Shown in pieces: positions 1 through 9,485 of a stretch of 64,000 bases of DNA; positions within the stretch are counted from its first letter, which is position 1; every line of letters begins with the position of its first letter. Location: assembly GCA_963841665.1 (NCBI GenBank), contig CAWJDW010000006.1, forward strand, positions 7,304 to 71,303, written 5' to 3'. A program made the position numbers and the translations under genes. Below the pieces are notes generated by a model, which was not told where the DNA came from, did not search any database, and saw only the letters and a list, made by a program, of their open reading frames with translations. The DNA comes from an uncultured Alphaproteobacteria bacterium (GTDB lineage: Bacteria; Pseudomonadota; Alphaproteobacteria; Rhizobiales; Xanthobacteraceae).

Positions 1-249
1 GATGAAGCCCTCGACCGCGCCGACGGAAAGATCGATGCCTGCGGTGATGATGACGAAGGTCTGGCCGATCGCCAGTATCGCGATAAACGAGGTCTGGCGT
101 AGGAGGTTCGCCATATTGTTCGCGGTCCAGAACGTGCGCGTCGCATAGGCGAGCGCAATCCACATCAGGAACAGCAGGCCGAGGAGCGTCAGCCCCAACA
201 GCACGCTGAGCCCCCTGCCGTTGCGCTTCGATGTCGATAGTTCGCTCAT
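1..249 (-). CDS. Sugar ABC transporter permease (RbsC family), 5' part only; runs off the window start
   Basis: Manual translation from ATG at 249: MSELSTSKRNGRGLSVLLGLTLLGLLFLMWIAL...NLLRQTSFIAILAIGQTFVIITAGIDLSVG, containing the RbsC-family GIDLSVG motif; follows the ATPase gene on the same strand. Confidence 0.9.
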   Translation of the reverse strand, partial: MSELSTSKRNGRGLSVLLGLTLLGLLFLMWIALAYATRTFWTANNMANLLRQTSFIAILAIGQTFVIITAGIDLSVGAVEGFI

Positions 250-267
250 TCGGATCTTGCCCCTGCC

Positions 268-1773
268 TCAGATGCCGATCGCTTCAGTGAGGATCGCCTC
301 GTGCGAGGAATCCTTGTAGGTATGTGTGGCAACGATGCTACCGCGTCGGAACACGTGCAGCGTATCGGCGAGCTCGTAAACCTCGGGAAGATATGATGAG
401 ATCATGATGATCCCTGCGCCCTTGTGGAGCAATTCGCCGAGCAGCCGATAGATCTCGGCTTTGGTGCCGACATCGACGCCGACCGTCGGCTCGTCGAAGA
501 TGAAAAGCTTGGCGCCGTGGTTGAGCCATTTGCCGATCACGACTTTCTGCTGGTTGCCGCCGGACAGGCTCGAGACCAGGCCGGCGCGCGAGGCGGTCCT
601 GATCCGGATGTCTCGGATCTGCCGCTCCGCGGCGCCCGTTTCCAAGTCGTTACTCAACAGCGGACCCCAGCTCAGCCGGTCGAGGATCGGCAGGTTGAGG
701 TTGAAGCCGACGCCGAGGTTGAGGCAGAGGCCCTGGTCGCGCCGGCTCTCGGGGGCGAGCGCAATGCCAAGGTCCATCGCCTGCCGTTCGCTGCGGACGG
801 CGACGTCCTTGCCGAGCCAGCACAGGCGGCCACTCGTCGCTGGAAAGCGGCCGAACAGGCTCTGCACGAACTCGCTACGCCCCGCGCCGATGAGACCGTA
901 GAGTCCGACGATCTCACCCTCCCGCACCCGAACCGACACGTCGTGGAAGCCGTGGCCGGAGAGGCTCTCGGTCTCGAGTATCGTCCCGCCGATCGGCACG
1001 CTTTCCTTGTGATAGATTTGTTCGATCGTGCGGTTGATCATCAGCGCGATGAGATCTGCCTCATTTGTCTCACCGATTTTGCGGGTGCCGACGAGGGCAC
1101 CGTCGCGCAGGATGGAAACGCGGTCGCACAGCTCGAACACCTCCTCCAGGCGGTGACTGATGTAGACGATCGTCACGCCCCTGGCCTTCAGGCGGCGGAT
1201 GAGGGCGAAGAGCGACGCGGTTTCCTGACGCGTGAGATAGGCCGTCGGCTCGTCGAAGATGAGGAATTTCGTGCCGCGTCGTTCAGCGCGCGCGGTAGCG
1301 ACGAGCTGCTGTTGGCCGATGGTCAGGGACGACAGGGGCGCACCGGCGGGCAGATCGAACCCGAGGTCGTCGAGCAGCTTCTGGGCCTCGCGCAGCATGG
1401 TGCGGTGCAGAAGCATGCCGCCCGATGTCGTCTCATCGCCGAGGAAGATGTTGGCCGCCACCGTCAGGTGCGGACACAGCACCACTTCCTGATGCACCGC
1501 GTCAATGCCGAGATCGATCGCCTCGTGGGGGGTAGCGAGCGCGACGGGCTCGCCGCGCCAGTAGATGGTTCCGGTCGAGCGCGGATGGACGCCGGTCAAG
1601 AGCTTGATGAGGGTCGATTTGCCGGCCCCGTTCTCGCCGACAATGGCGTGGATCTCGCCCTCTTCGAAGGCCAGGTCGACCGACCTCAGCGCGTGTGTAG
1701 CGCCGAAGCGCTTGTCGAGCTTCTTGAGCGCCAGGATCGGCGGTGGGGTGGGGCGTGCGGCGGCGAGGGACAT
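268..1773 (-). CDS. Sugar ABC transporter ATP-binding protein (RbsA/MglA type, two ABC domains)
   Basis: Walker A GENGAGKST, two DEPT motifs, LSGGNQQKVVIGKWL signature. Confidence 0.95.
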   Translation of the reverse strand: MSLAAARPTPPPILALKKLDKRFGATHALRSVDLAFEEGEIHAIVGENGAGKSTLIKLLTGVHPRSTGTIYWRGEPVALATPHEAIDLGIDAVHQEVVLCPHLTVAANIFLGDETTSGGMLLHRTMLREAQKLLDDLGFDLPAGAPLSSLTIGQQQLVATARAERRGTKFLIFDEPTAYLTRQETASLFALIRRLKARGVTIVYISHRLEEVFELCDRVSILRDGALVGTRKIGETNEADLIALMINRTIEQIYHKESVPIGGTILETESLSGHGFHDVSVRVREGEIVGLYGLIGAGRSEFVQSLFGRFPATSGRLCWLGKDVAVRSERQAMDLGIALAPESRRDQGLCLNLGVGFNLNLPILDRLSWGPLLSNDLETGAAERQIRDIRIRTASRAGLVSSLSGGNQQKVVIGKWLNHGAKLFIFDEPTVGVDVGTKAEIYRLLGELLHKGAGIIMISSYLPEVYELADTLHVFRRGSIVATHTYKDSSHEAILTEAIGI

Positions 1774-1910
1774 GGCGATTGGGGTTGGCGACGGAATTTC
1801 ACCGCCGTACCCGCACCAGAGCCGGCGCAGGGATCGACGGCCGTGTGCCGTCGCGCATCTGCTCTCACCGAGAGATGATGCGCGACGACGCCCGGTTTGA
1901 GACTACGCGA

Positions 1911-2870
1911 TTACTTGATGTTCGGATATAGGAGCGCGTGTTGCTTCTCGCCGTCCATATTGGCCTTTGTAATGAGGTTCGCGCCGGTATCGACGTTGGC
2001 CTGCACCTTCTCGCCCTTGGAGACGGCGAGCGCGGTCTTGATGCCGTCGTAGCCCATCCTGTAGGGGTCCTGGACGACGAGTGCTGCGATCGTGCCGTCT
2101 TTGAGGAAGCCGATCAGCTTGTCGTCGCTATCGAAGCCGATGAGCTTGATGGTGTCTGCCTTCTTGTTCTCGGCGATCGCCTGGCCCGCGCCCTGCGCCA
2201 TGATGAGGTTGGAGGCGAAGACGCCTCGCAAGTCCGGATTGGCGGTGATCAGGTCGGTCATGATGTTGAGGCCGGTCGTGGCCTTGCCGTCGGCAACCTT
2301 GTCGGCGACCAGCTTGAGGCCCGGATATTTCGCCGCGATCTCCTCCTTGAAGCCCTTGGCGCGCTGGTCGAGCGAACCGACGCCGGGGAGCGAGGTGATG
2401 AGCGCGACCTCGCCCTCAGCCTTGCCGTATTTCGCCTTGATCGCCTCGGCGAGGCCGTCGGCGGCGATCCGCCCGCCCTGGACGTTGTCGGTCGTCAGGA
2501 ACGACTTAAAGGCCTTGGAGTCGGCAGCGGAGTCGATGCCGATGATTGGAACCTTCTTCGCCGCTTCGTCGATCGGCTCGCCAAGCGCCTTGAATTCGGT
2601 CGGCGCGATCACGACCGCCGCCGGCTTTTCGGCGACCGCATTCTCGAGGATCGAAATCTGGCCGTTGATGTCGCTTTCGGACTGCGCGCCGAGTTCTGGC
2701 ACATTGACGCCGAGGTCCTTGCCAGCGTGGCGCGCGCCGGCGAGCACGATCTGCCAGTAGAACGACGTCGTGTCCTTGACAATGATCGGTATCTTCGGCT
2801 CCGCGGCGTAGCTCGGTGCGCCGTAAGCGGCGAGAGCGGCAAGAGAAGCAGCAATAATCAATCGTTTCAT
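1911..2870 (-). CDS. Sugar ABC transporter substrate-binding protein (RbsB-like)
   Basis: Signal peptide MKRLIIAASLAALAAYGAPSYA; TDNVQGG, IGFD and VVQDPYRMGY motifs of periplasmic binding protein type 1. Confidence 0.93.
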   Translation of the reverse strand: MKRLIIAASLAALAAYGAPSYAAEPKIPIIVKDTTSFYWQIVLAGARHAGKDLGVNVPELGAQSESDINGQISILENAVAEKPAAVVIAPTEFKALGEPIDEAAKKVPIIGIDSAADSKAFKSFLTTDNVQGGRIAADGLAEAIKAKYGKAEGEVALITSLPGVGSLDQRAKGFKEEIAAKYPGLKLVADKVADGKATTGLNIMTDLITANPDLRGVFASNLIMAQGAGQAIAENKKADTIKLIGFDSDDKLIGFLKDGTIAALVVQDPYRMGYDGIKTALAVSKGEKVQANVDTGANLITKANMDGEKQHALLYPNIK

Positions 2871-2958
2871 GCGTCTTCCTCCTCACGTGAAGAGCTCTGT
2901 TGGCTCTTGTCTGCTTTCGTATGAACTGGGACGACGATAGCGTCTTCGCCAACGATGG

Positions 2959-4089
2959 TCATCCGCAAAAAGTAGGACGAGCCCTTCCGTTCATTGCGAG
3001 CGCCGCCCTCAGCAGCGGCTGGCGGGTATGTAAGCCGCTCGCTTCGGCAAGCGCGATCAGCCCGCCGAAACGCCGTTGCTTCTTGGACTCGTGGTTGACG
3101 TGGATGTCGCTCAGGCGGTGGTCGAGAAAGGGATTGCTGAACCGGTCGATCGCCGTGTCGCGATAGGCGCGCGCCTCTGCCGCCATCCCGAGAGCGGCAA
3201 AGACGGGCAAGACCTCTCCCTCATAGACCTCGCCGAGTTCGTTCGACATCGCCGCGTCCGTCATCGCCTCGCGTACGGTGAGCGCCGGCGGACCATGGCT
3301 CCGGTGCCACAATTCGGCGAGCCAGGTATGGCCCAGGTTGAGGATAAACAACTTCAGGCGCTCGTAGCGCTTGAGGTCATGGGTCAGCTTGACGTCCGGA
3401 TGAGAGCAGGGGAGCTCCAGGCCAGCGCGATCTTCGATCGCCCATAACGCGTAGGGCTCGGCCACTGCGCCAAGCGGCTCGAGCGGCTGCGAGACGATCC
3501 GGTCGACCAGCGAATTGACCCAGAGGCAATCCTGGCCAATCCAGCGGCGCGGCGCAATCGGCGCGTCCCAGTCGCCGAGCACTTTGAGCACCACAGCCCG
3601 TAGGGTCGCGCCGTTGTCCGGCGTCAATTCGCAAGGGAAAATCGTGATCGGGTCGGCGCCGGCGCGATGACGGGCGAGCAGCAGCTTGGCGAGCTTTGCC
3701 GGAAACGATTTTGGCGGCCGACCGTCGGGTCGGTCCGCGGGATCGGTCTCATATCCGCGGTCGCCGGTATTCGAGACAGCGCAACGCGCATCGATGAACA
3801 GGCGCTCGAGATCGGCCCATTGCGCATTGGCGTCGACGCCGTCACCGACGCTTGCGACCTCGACGTCCCTGTCGACTGTAGCGCCGCCAGTCATTCCCTT
3901 GATCCGCACCAGATATGGCCTGCCCTCAGCGAATGCCGCGATCCGCCTCCGGCTCTCCGGGGTCCCTGTCGTCTGCACGGCGACGATCCGTCCCATCGCG
4001 CGACCTTCCGGCAGCGCCTCACTGACGAACAGGTCGACATGGGCCTGAAGAAAGCGGCTCGTGCCAAACTGAATGATCGGGAAAGCCAT
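2959..4089 (-). CDS. Mannitol dehydrogenase family protein (tagaturonate reductase/UxaB-like)
   Basis: IIQFGTSRFLQAH, FPCEL, NSLVDRIV, KLFILNLGHT, RFSNPFLDH motifs. Confidence 0.85.
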   Translation of the reverse strand: MAFPIIQFGTSRFLQAHVDLFVSEALPEGRAMGRIVAVQTTGTPESRRRIAAFAEGRPYLVRIKGMTGGATVDRDVEVASVGDGVDANAQWADLERLFIDARCAVSNTGDRGYETDPADRPDGRPPKSFPAKLAKLLLARHRAGADPITIFPCELTPDNGATLRAVVLKVLGDWDAPIAPRRWIGQDCLWVNSLVDRIVSQPLEPLGAVAEPYALWAIEDRAGLELPCSHPDVKLTHDLKRYERLKLFILNLGHTWLAELWHRSHGPPALTVREAMTDAAMSNELGEVYEGEVLPVFAALGMAAEARAYRDTAIDRFSNPFLDHRLSDIHVNHESKKQRRFGGLIALAEASGLHTRQPLLRAALAMNGRARPTFCG

Positions 4090-4092
4090 GGC

Positions 4093-5104
4093 CTAGATCT
4101 CGATCAGCGCCTTGATTGCGCCCGTCTCGGGCTTGATCCATTCAGGAAAGCGGGACGGCGCTTCCGCGAGCGAGGCGCGATGGGTCGCCAACGCTTCGGT
4201 CGGCACGAGCCCATCGCGCATGGCGCGGAACACTTCGTGGAAATCCACCGGCGTCGCATTGCGGCTGCCGAGCAGCGAAATTTCGCGCGCGTGGAATTTT
4301 GGATCTTGGAAGGAGATTGTCTCGCGCACGACGCTGACCAGCACGTAGGTGCCGCCATGAGCGACATAGTCGAACCCGGCCTCGATCGAGGCTGCCTTGC
4401 CGGTGGCGTCGATCACGATGTCGAACAGATCGCCATCGGTGATTTCCGAAAGAGCCTTAAGCGCCTCGGGTCCACCAACAACCGTATGAGAGACTCCGAG
4501 GACCTCTCGGCAGAAAGAAAGCCGGTCCTCGCGCATGTCCAACGCGGTGACCACACCACCGCGGAGCTTGCCAAAGATGATGCAACCGAGCCCGATCGGT
4601 CCCGCGCCTACGACGAGGACGCGGTCACCGTTTTGCGTATTGGCGCGGCGATTTGCATGGGCGCCGATCGCCAGGAACTCGACCATCGCCGCCTGATCGA
4701 GAGTCACGCCGTCGGCTGCGGCGACATTTGCTTCCGGGACGCAGACGAAGTCTGCCATTCCGCCGTCGATATGGACACCGAGGACTGCGATGCGCTGACA
4801 GCAATTCGTCTTGCCGCGCCGGCAGGCGACGCAGGTGCCGCACGACAGATAGGGCATCAGATAGAACTCTCTGACCGACGGCGATGCTGCAGCCGGACCC
4901 CGTCTCGGCAACCTCGCCTGCCAATTCGTGTCCCAGGACTCGCGGGTATTCCAGAAAGGGATGCGAGCCTTCGTAGATATGGAGATCCGTGCCGCATACG
5001 CCTGCGCGCCGGATGCGGACCAGCACTTCGCCGGGTTTCGGTGTGGGCCGGGATCGCTCGACTATGGCCAGGCGACCTGGTTCGACGCATTGCAATGCGC
5101 GCAT
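4093..5104 (-). pseudogene. Zn-dependent alcohol dehydrogenase (L-galactonate 5-dehydrogenase LgoD/YjjN-like); frameshift at ~4865, possibly a sequencing error
   Basis: N-half (GVCGTDLH...LGHE) in one frame; C-half (CGTCVACRRGKTNCC, GAGPIG, LLGSRNAT) in another; deleting one A of AA at 4865-4866 gives a single 336-aa ORF. Confidence 0.85.
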
Positions 5105-5225
5105 CCGAGCGCCTCCCACCTTCTTGTCTATTGTCGATAAAGAACCGCACCAGTATCCTGAGGTCAAACTGTTTTTTCTAATTGCGCCGGGGGCAATTAG
5201 ACAGACGAGTTGTCGGCGGTCCGCG

Positions 5226-6179
5226 ATGAAACCCAACACAGTATTCAAATCGGCCTACAACCGCGGCCTTTCGCGGCTGCAGCGGCTGCCGATTGCGTCC
5301 CAGGTCGGATCAGAACCGGCGTGGTCGCGCGCGCTCGCCGTAAGCCGCACGACAGTGCGATCCATCTTCGCAAGATTCTCTGCAGCCGGTTTGATCGCGG
5401 ACGAGGGGCGACGCAAAGTCGTGCTGTGCCACCCAAGGCCTGCCGACTTCTATCCGGAGATCGAGACTCGGAAAGGCGGCGCTATCGTCGAAAGCCGTTT
5501 CATGTACTGGATTCTGCATGAAGACTGCAGGCCCGGGCAGTCGATCAACGTGCCCGAACTTTCGCGGCAGTTTGGTGCGTCGCCCGCGGCGGTCACGCAC
5601 TATCTTAATCGCCTGAGACAGTCTGGTCTTCTTGCGCGCAACTCAGGCGGCCATTGGGTGCTAAGGGGGTTTACGGAGGAATTTGCTGAAGAGCTCTGCG
5701 AAGTGAGGACGATGTTTGAACTGTGCTCCGCCCAGCGTTTTATCACCCTTTCCGCCGAGCATCCGGCCCTGGAGCAGTTGTCCCTTATCAAGCAGGATCA
5801 TCTCACATTGTTGGGGGAAGCCGAAACTCGTTACACGGAGTTCTCAGCGCTTGACGAGCGACTTCACCGCTGCGTCAACGACGCCTCGCATAATCGCTTT
5901 ATTCGGGGCTTCTATGATATGATCTCGATGATCTTCCACTATCATTACCAGTGGAATAAGAACGACGAAAAGGAGCGGAACATCGCCGCGATCCACGAAC
6001 ACCTTTCCTACATCGATGCGCTTCAGGAGCGCGTCGCTTCAGCAGTCATTGCGACATGCAATGCCCATATGGCGACCGCGCGATCGACGTTGTTGGCTTC
6101 TATCCGACGATCAGCCGATGCTCTCAAGGCGGATCGAGTAGCGCCCATCCTTGTCTGGCCCGACGTCGCACTACCGTGA
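5226..6179 (+). CDS. GntR/FCD-family transcriptional regulator (LgoR/YjjM-like), divergent from the catabolic operon
   Basis: Two HTH-like segments (LAVSRTTVRS; LSRQFGASPAAV) and an FCD tail (HRCVNDASHNRFI...AIHEHLSYIDAL); ATG at 5226. Confidence 0.85.
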   Translation: MKPNTVFKSAYNRGLSRLQRLPIASQVGSEPAWSRALAVSRTTVRSIFARFSAAGLIADEGRRKVVLCHPRPADFYPEIETRKGGAIVESRFMYWILHEDCRPGQSINVPELSRQFGASPAAVTHYLNRLRQSGLLARNSGGHWVLRGFTEEFAEELCEVRTMFELCSAQRFITLSAEHPALEQLSLIKQDHLTLLGEAETRYTEFSALDERLHRCVNDASHNRFIRGFYDMISMIFHYHYQWNKNDEKERNIAAIHEHLSYIDALQERVASAVIATCNAHMATARSTLLASIRRSADALKADRVAPILVWPDVALP

Positions 6180-6389
6180 TATCGAACTCCTGACGAAATC
6201 CAACATCAACGCCAAATCACTGACGACTTTGCCGGTTGTTCAGTAGACTGCCAGAGCTCGAACCAGGACTCCGGACTAAAAGTCCCGTGTGAGCAGTTTT
6301 CGGACAAACTGCAAAAAGACATTTCGGTTCAGTAGCGCCTTGAGCTGGCTTTGTCCGAATGCACCTCGAAAGTATTCGGCCGCCGAAAC

Positions 6390-6428
6390 CCTTCCAAGCT
6401 GAATACGAGGGTTCGATCACCCGCTCCA
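6390..6428 (+). mobile_element. Degenerate 3' half of tRNA-Gly(TCC); probable att site at the right end of a genomic island
   Basis: CCTTCCAAGCTGAATACGAGGGTTCGAT-CACCCGCTCCA gives the anticodon loop (TCC), a T-loop GGTTCGAT and the acceptor 3' strand with CCA; the 5' half is absent and the 3' strand of the T-stem is deleted. Confidence 0.75.
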
Positions 6429-6664
6429 GCCCTTGAGCGCAGGCCTTGCAGGGGCGGTGGGCGCGGAGTGCGTCCACGTTGTGCCTTTATCTCAGCATCG
6501 CTGTGCTTCCCCGATGATCCCTGCTAAAGAGCCGGTGAATACCGGGGGGCATGTGCTGTTCAGCCGCGACGATCTCAAGACGCCCGACAAACACGCCGCT
6601 GACCAGACAGCAAGCGCGCATTCGTAGCGCTTGCCCGCTCGTGCAAATGCGCGACGGAATAATC

Positions 6665-7222
6665 ATGACGCACGTCGATTTCGCCAAGCTTCCCGCGTTT
6701 CATCCCACCAACGAAATCCTCGCCCATCCACGCTTTCCATTCGCTCGCGACGAATTCGTGAAGGCCATGCTCGCGCTCTACGAGCACAATCCGATGCTCA
6801 ACCGTTTGCTGCTCGAAGCGAGCCGCACCGTTCTGATGGTCGTGATCATGTGCCTCTATGCACGTTACGACGAGGCTGATCGCGCGACCTGGCCGACGCT
6901 CCGCCGGGTTGCCGACGCCATGGCGGCGCATGGGCTCGCCAGCCCCAGCCGCGTCCAGGACCTGGTCGTGCGGCTCACCGAGGTCGGCTATCTGGAGCAG
7001 CGCGTGGCGACGCAGGATCGCCGCGTGCGGATCCTCACGCCCGCGCAAAGGATGATCGCCCAGGATCTGGATTTCCTGGTGTCGCATCACGTGCCGTTGC
7101 AGATACTGTTTCCCGATCCCGGCTATGCGCTGATCATGACGCGCGATCCCGCGTTCCAGCGCAAGCAGCGTCAGGTCTCGGTCGACCTGTTCGCGCACGG
7201 CGCCCAGACGGGTGCGTTCTGA
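6665..7222 (+). CDS. Hypothetical protein with a winged-helix-like segment, possibly C-terminally truncated
   Basis: Typical codon usage; SPSRVQDLVVRLTEVGYLEQR...DRRVRILTP resembles a MarR-type wing; ends abruptly just before the convergent phospholipase gene. Confidence 0.6.
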   Translation: MTHVDFAKLPAFHPTNEILAHPRFPFARDEFVKAMLALYEHNPMLNRLLLEASRTVLMVVIMCLYARYDEADRATWPTLRRVADAMAAHGLASPSRVQDLVVRLTEVGYLEQRVATQDRRVRILTPAQRMIAQDLDFLVSHHVPLQILFPDPGYALIMTRDPAFQRKQRQVSVDLFAHGAQTGAF

Positions 7223-7283
7223 TCGGCGACGACGACGCAAAGTACATCGGTTCTTGCCTCTGCTGAACCCGTCTCAGAGAGTC

Positions 7284-8798
7284 TTATGGGCGTCTCCCGG
7301 GCGGCTTCGCCGGTCTGCGAAGCTCTGCAATACGCGCTGGGCTGACCGTGGACCCTGGAGGCTGGTTGTAAGCGGAAGCTGTTGGCACCTTCCCGCCGCG
7401 CGCCCTGGCGGCGAGGTTGTGCTCCAGGCGCTTCGCGTTCTGGACGTGGACGAACTGTTTGGCCTGCGCGGGATCCTGGATGTCTCGGGTTCGCGTGGTA
7501 TCGCGCTGTTTCGGATCCGGGTCCAGATGGACCGATCCATCCAGAAGCTCGCGCTGCATCGAGTCCAAAGACCGAGGCTGCGGGGGAACATCGACATCCG
7601 GCGTCTGTGCCCGCCATGTATGCGTTCCGTCGTCGATGAGATATTTCTTGGTGAGCTTGCCGGCATTCTTGTCGCGTTGGGTCAGGAAGCCGCCGGGCAA
7701 TTGCAGGGCGTCGATGATAGAACCGGGTATCGTCGAATGGCTGTAGACGGTCGAGTCGACTTCTGGCTTGAACCAAGGCGAAATCAGGATCGCAGGAACG
7801 CGCAGACCCAGCCGCTTGAAATCGAACGGCACGAGGTACGGCGGAACGGTGAGCCCCGGGATGCCGTCCGGAGAGACCGTCGCCGGCGGCGGCACATGAT
7901 CATAGTAGCCGCCATGCTCGTCGAACACGACGATCAGCAGCGTTTTCTTCCAGACGTCGGGATGCTGGCGTAGCGCGCTATAGATATCGGCGACCAGTTT
8001 CTCCGCGGGCCTCACGTCGGCCGGGGCATGCATGCTGTTGATCGGCTGCTGCGGAGTGCCGAAAAACGCCGGCGTAATGAACGAATAGGTCGCGAGCTTG
8101 TCGCCCGCGACGTCGGCGGCATAGTTTGCGAACGGGCTGAAATTGCTCGTGTCGGCCTTCAGGTCGGGATACAGTTCGAGCACATCGTTTTGATCGTGAG
8201 AATAGACACGCCAGGACTTCGACGGATCGGCGTTGATGCGGTCATACAGCGTCTTGCAGGTGAACTTGGGCTTCCAATCCGCGTTATAGGTGTAACCCTG
8301 TGAGGTTGCCGCATGCACAAACGCGCGATTGGGCATCGTCGGGCCAGGTACGTCGGCAAACCAGCGGTCGCACAGGACAAAATTCTTGGCGAGCGTCGAC
8401 AGCACCGGCAACTGGACGGGATCGAAGCAGTTCATGACCTGCTGCAGTTCGGAAGACGTGGGGGCGCGCTTGAGGTCGTACTGCAGGGACACCTTGAAAG
8501 AGGCGACGAATCCGTTGAGGGCCGGCGTGGCCGCAGCGACCGTGGCCGACGGCTTCGTTTGCCCGAACAACTGCTCGTTGGTTTGCTTGAGACTGTGCGA
8601 TGGACCATCGCCAATCGCGATGTAATCGCCACCTTTCCGGGACGAGAACTTCTCGCTGCTGGCGTCGCCGGGTTTCAGATAGTTCGTTGCGCCTCCGGAG
8701 GGGAGTCCGTCACCGATGCCGAGATATCCAAAAAGATGGTCGAAGGAACGGTTCTCGAGCATCAGCACGACAAAATGGTCAAACAGCAATTTCGACAT
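7284..8798 (-). CDS. Phosphoesterase family protein (non-specific phospholipase C/acid phosphatase), no signal peptide
   Basis: VVLMLENRSFDH, GPTMPNR, FDEHGGYYDHVPPP, LGLRVPAILISPW motifs; ATG at 8798. Confidence 0.9.
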   Translation of the reverse strand: MSKLLFDHFVVLMLENRSFDHLFGYLGIGDGLPSGGATNYLKPGDASSEKFSSRKGGDYIAIGDGPSHSLKQTNEQLFGQTKPSATVAAATPALNGFVASFKVSLQYDLKRAPTSSELQQVMNCFDPVQLPVLSTLAKNFVLCDRWFADVPGPTMPNRAFVHAATSQGYTYNADWKPKFTCKTLYDRINADPSKSWRVYSHDQNDVLELYPDLKADTSNFSPFANYAADVAGDKLATYSFITPAFFGTPQQPINSMHAPADVRPAEKLVADIYSALRQHPDVWKKTLLIVVFDEHGGYYDHVPPPATVSPDGIPGLTVPPYLVPFDFKRLGLRVPAILISPWFKPEVDSTVYSHSTIPGSIIDALQLPGGFLTQRDKNAGKLTKKYLIDDGTHTWRAQTPDVDVPPQPRSLDSMQRELLDGSVHLDPDPKQRDTTRTRDIQDPAQAKQFVHVQNAKRLEHNLAARARGGKVPTASAYNQPPGSTVSPARIAELRRPAKPPGRRP

Positions 8799-9146
8799 GA
8801 TATCTCTCTTCGCATAGAGCTTGACGGAAATCGTTGTCACATCGTCTTGGCGTGACGAGCAGAGCCAGCTTTTTGAATGATCGTTTTCGGCTAATGTCGA
8901 AGCTTCTCTCACTGGTTTAGGTCGTCAACTTGATCAACCTGTGGATAATGGGGAAACGTGTCAGCTCGCTCCACGTCGGTGCAAAGCATTTGCAATTCAG
9001 CTCGCTGGTCATCGGTCTCAGACGGAGATGGATCTGGCAAGCGCCGGAACGATGGTTGGTCACAAAGCAATGGCCCTGTCATTGAGGCTTCGCAATCAGC
9101 GGGCACCGTGCGCGCGGGGCGGCTGACGATCCCCAGGGAGCCATGA

Positions 9147-9359
9147 ATGTCGAGCAAAGCTGCGGACCATCATCAGAAAGCTTCGGAACATCATTCGCGC
9201 GCGGCGCACCATCACGCCGAGGCGGCCAAGCATCATCAGTCCGGCGACCACGAGAGAGCTGCTCACCACGCCCATTCCGCGCACGGCCATGCCTCGCATG
9301 CGACGGAGCATGGTGAGCACGCCAGCCGCGCCCACGGCGAAGAGCACGGCCATAAGTGA
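9147..9359 (+). CDS. Small histidine-rich protein (21 His in 70 aa), putative metal-binding
   Basis: GGGAG RBS upstream; HH pairs at residues 8/9, 15/16, 22/23 and 29/30. Confidence 0.8.
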   Translation: MSSKAADHHQKASEHHSRAAHHHAEAAKHHQSGDHERAAHHAHSAHGHASHATEHGEHASRAHGEEHGHK

Positions 9360-9485
9360 CCAAGTGAGGTAGTTGCGACGTGCGGTCGAACAGCTGTGGC
9401 CTGTTCGACCGCCGGCTTTCGCGCGCCGGTCAATCCCGGCGGCTCTATTCACATGCCCTGCAGCGCGGCACAGACCAAGACGCGC

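Noticed and set aside
6390-6428. Functional tRNA-Gly gene
   Set aside because: No 5' acceptor strand or D-arm, and the 3' strand of the T-stem is deleted; kept only as an att remnant.
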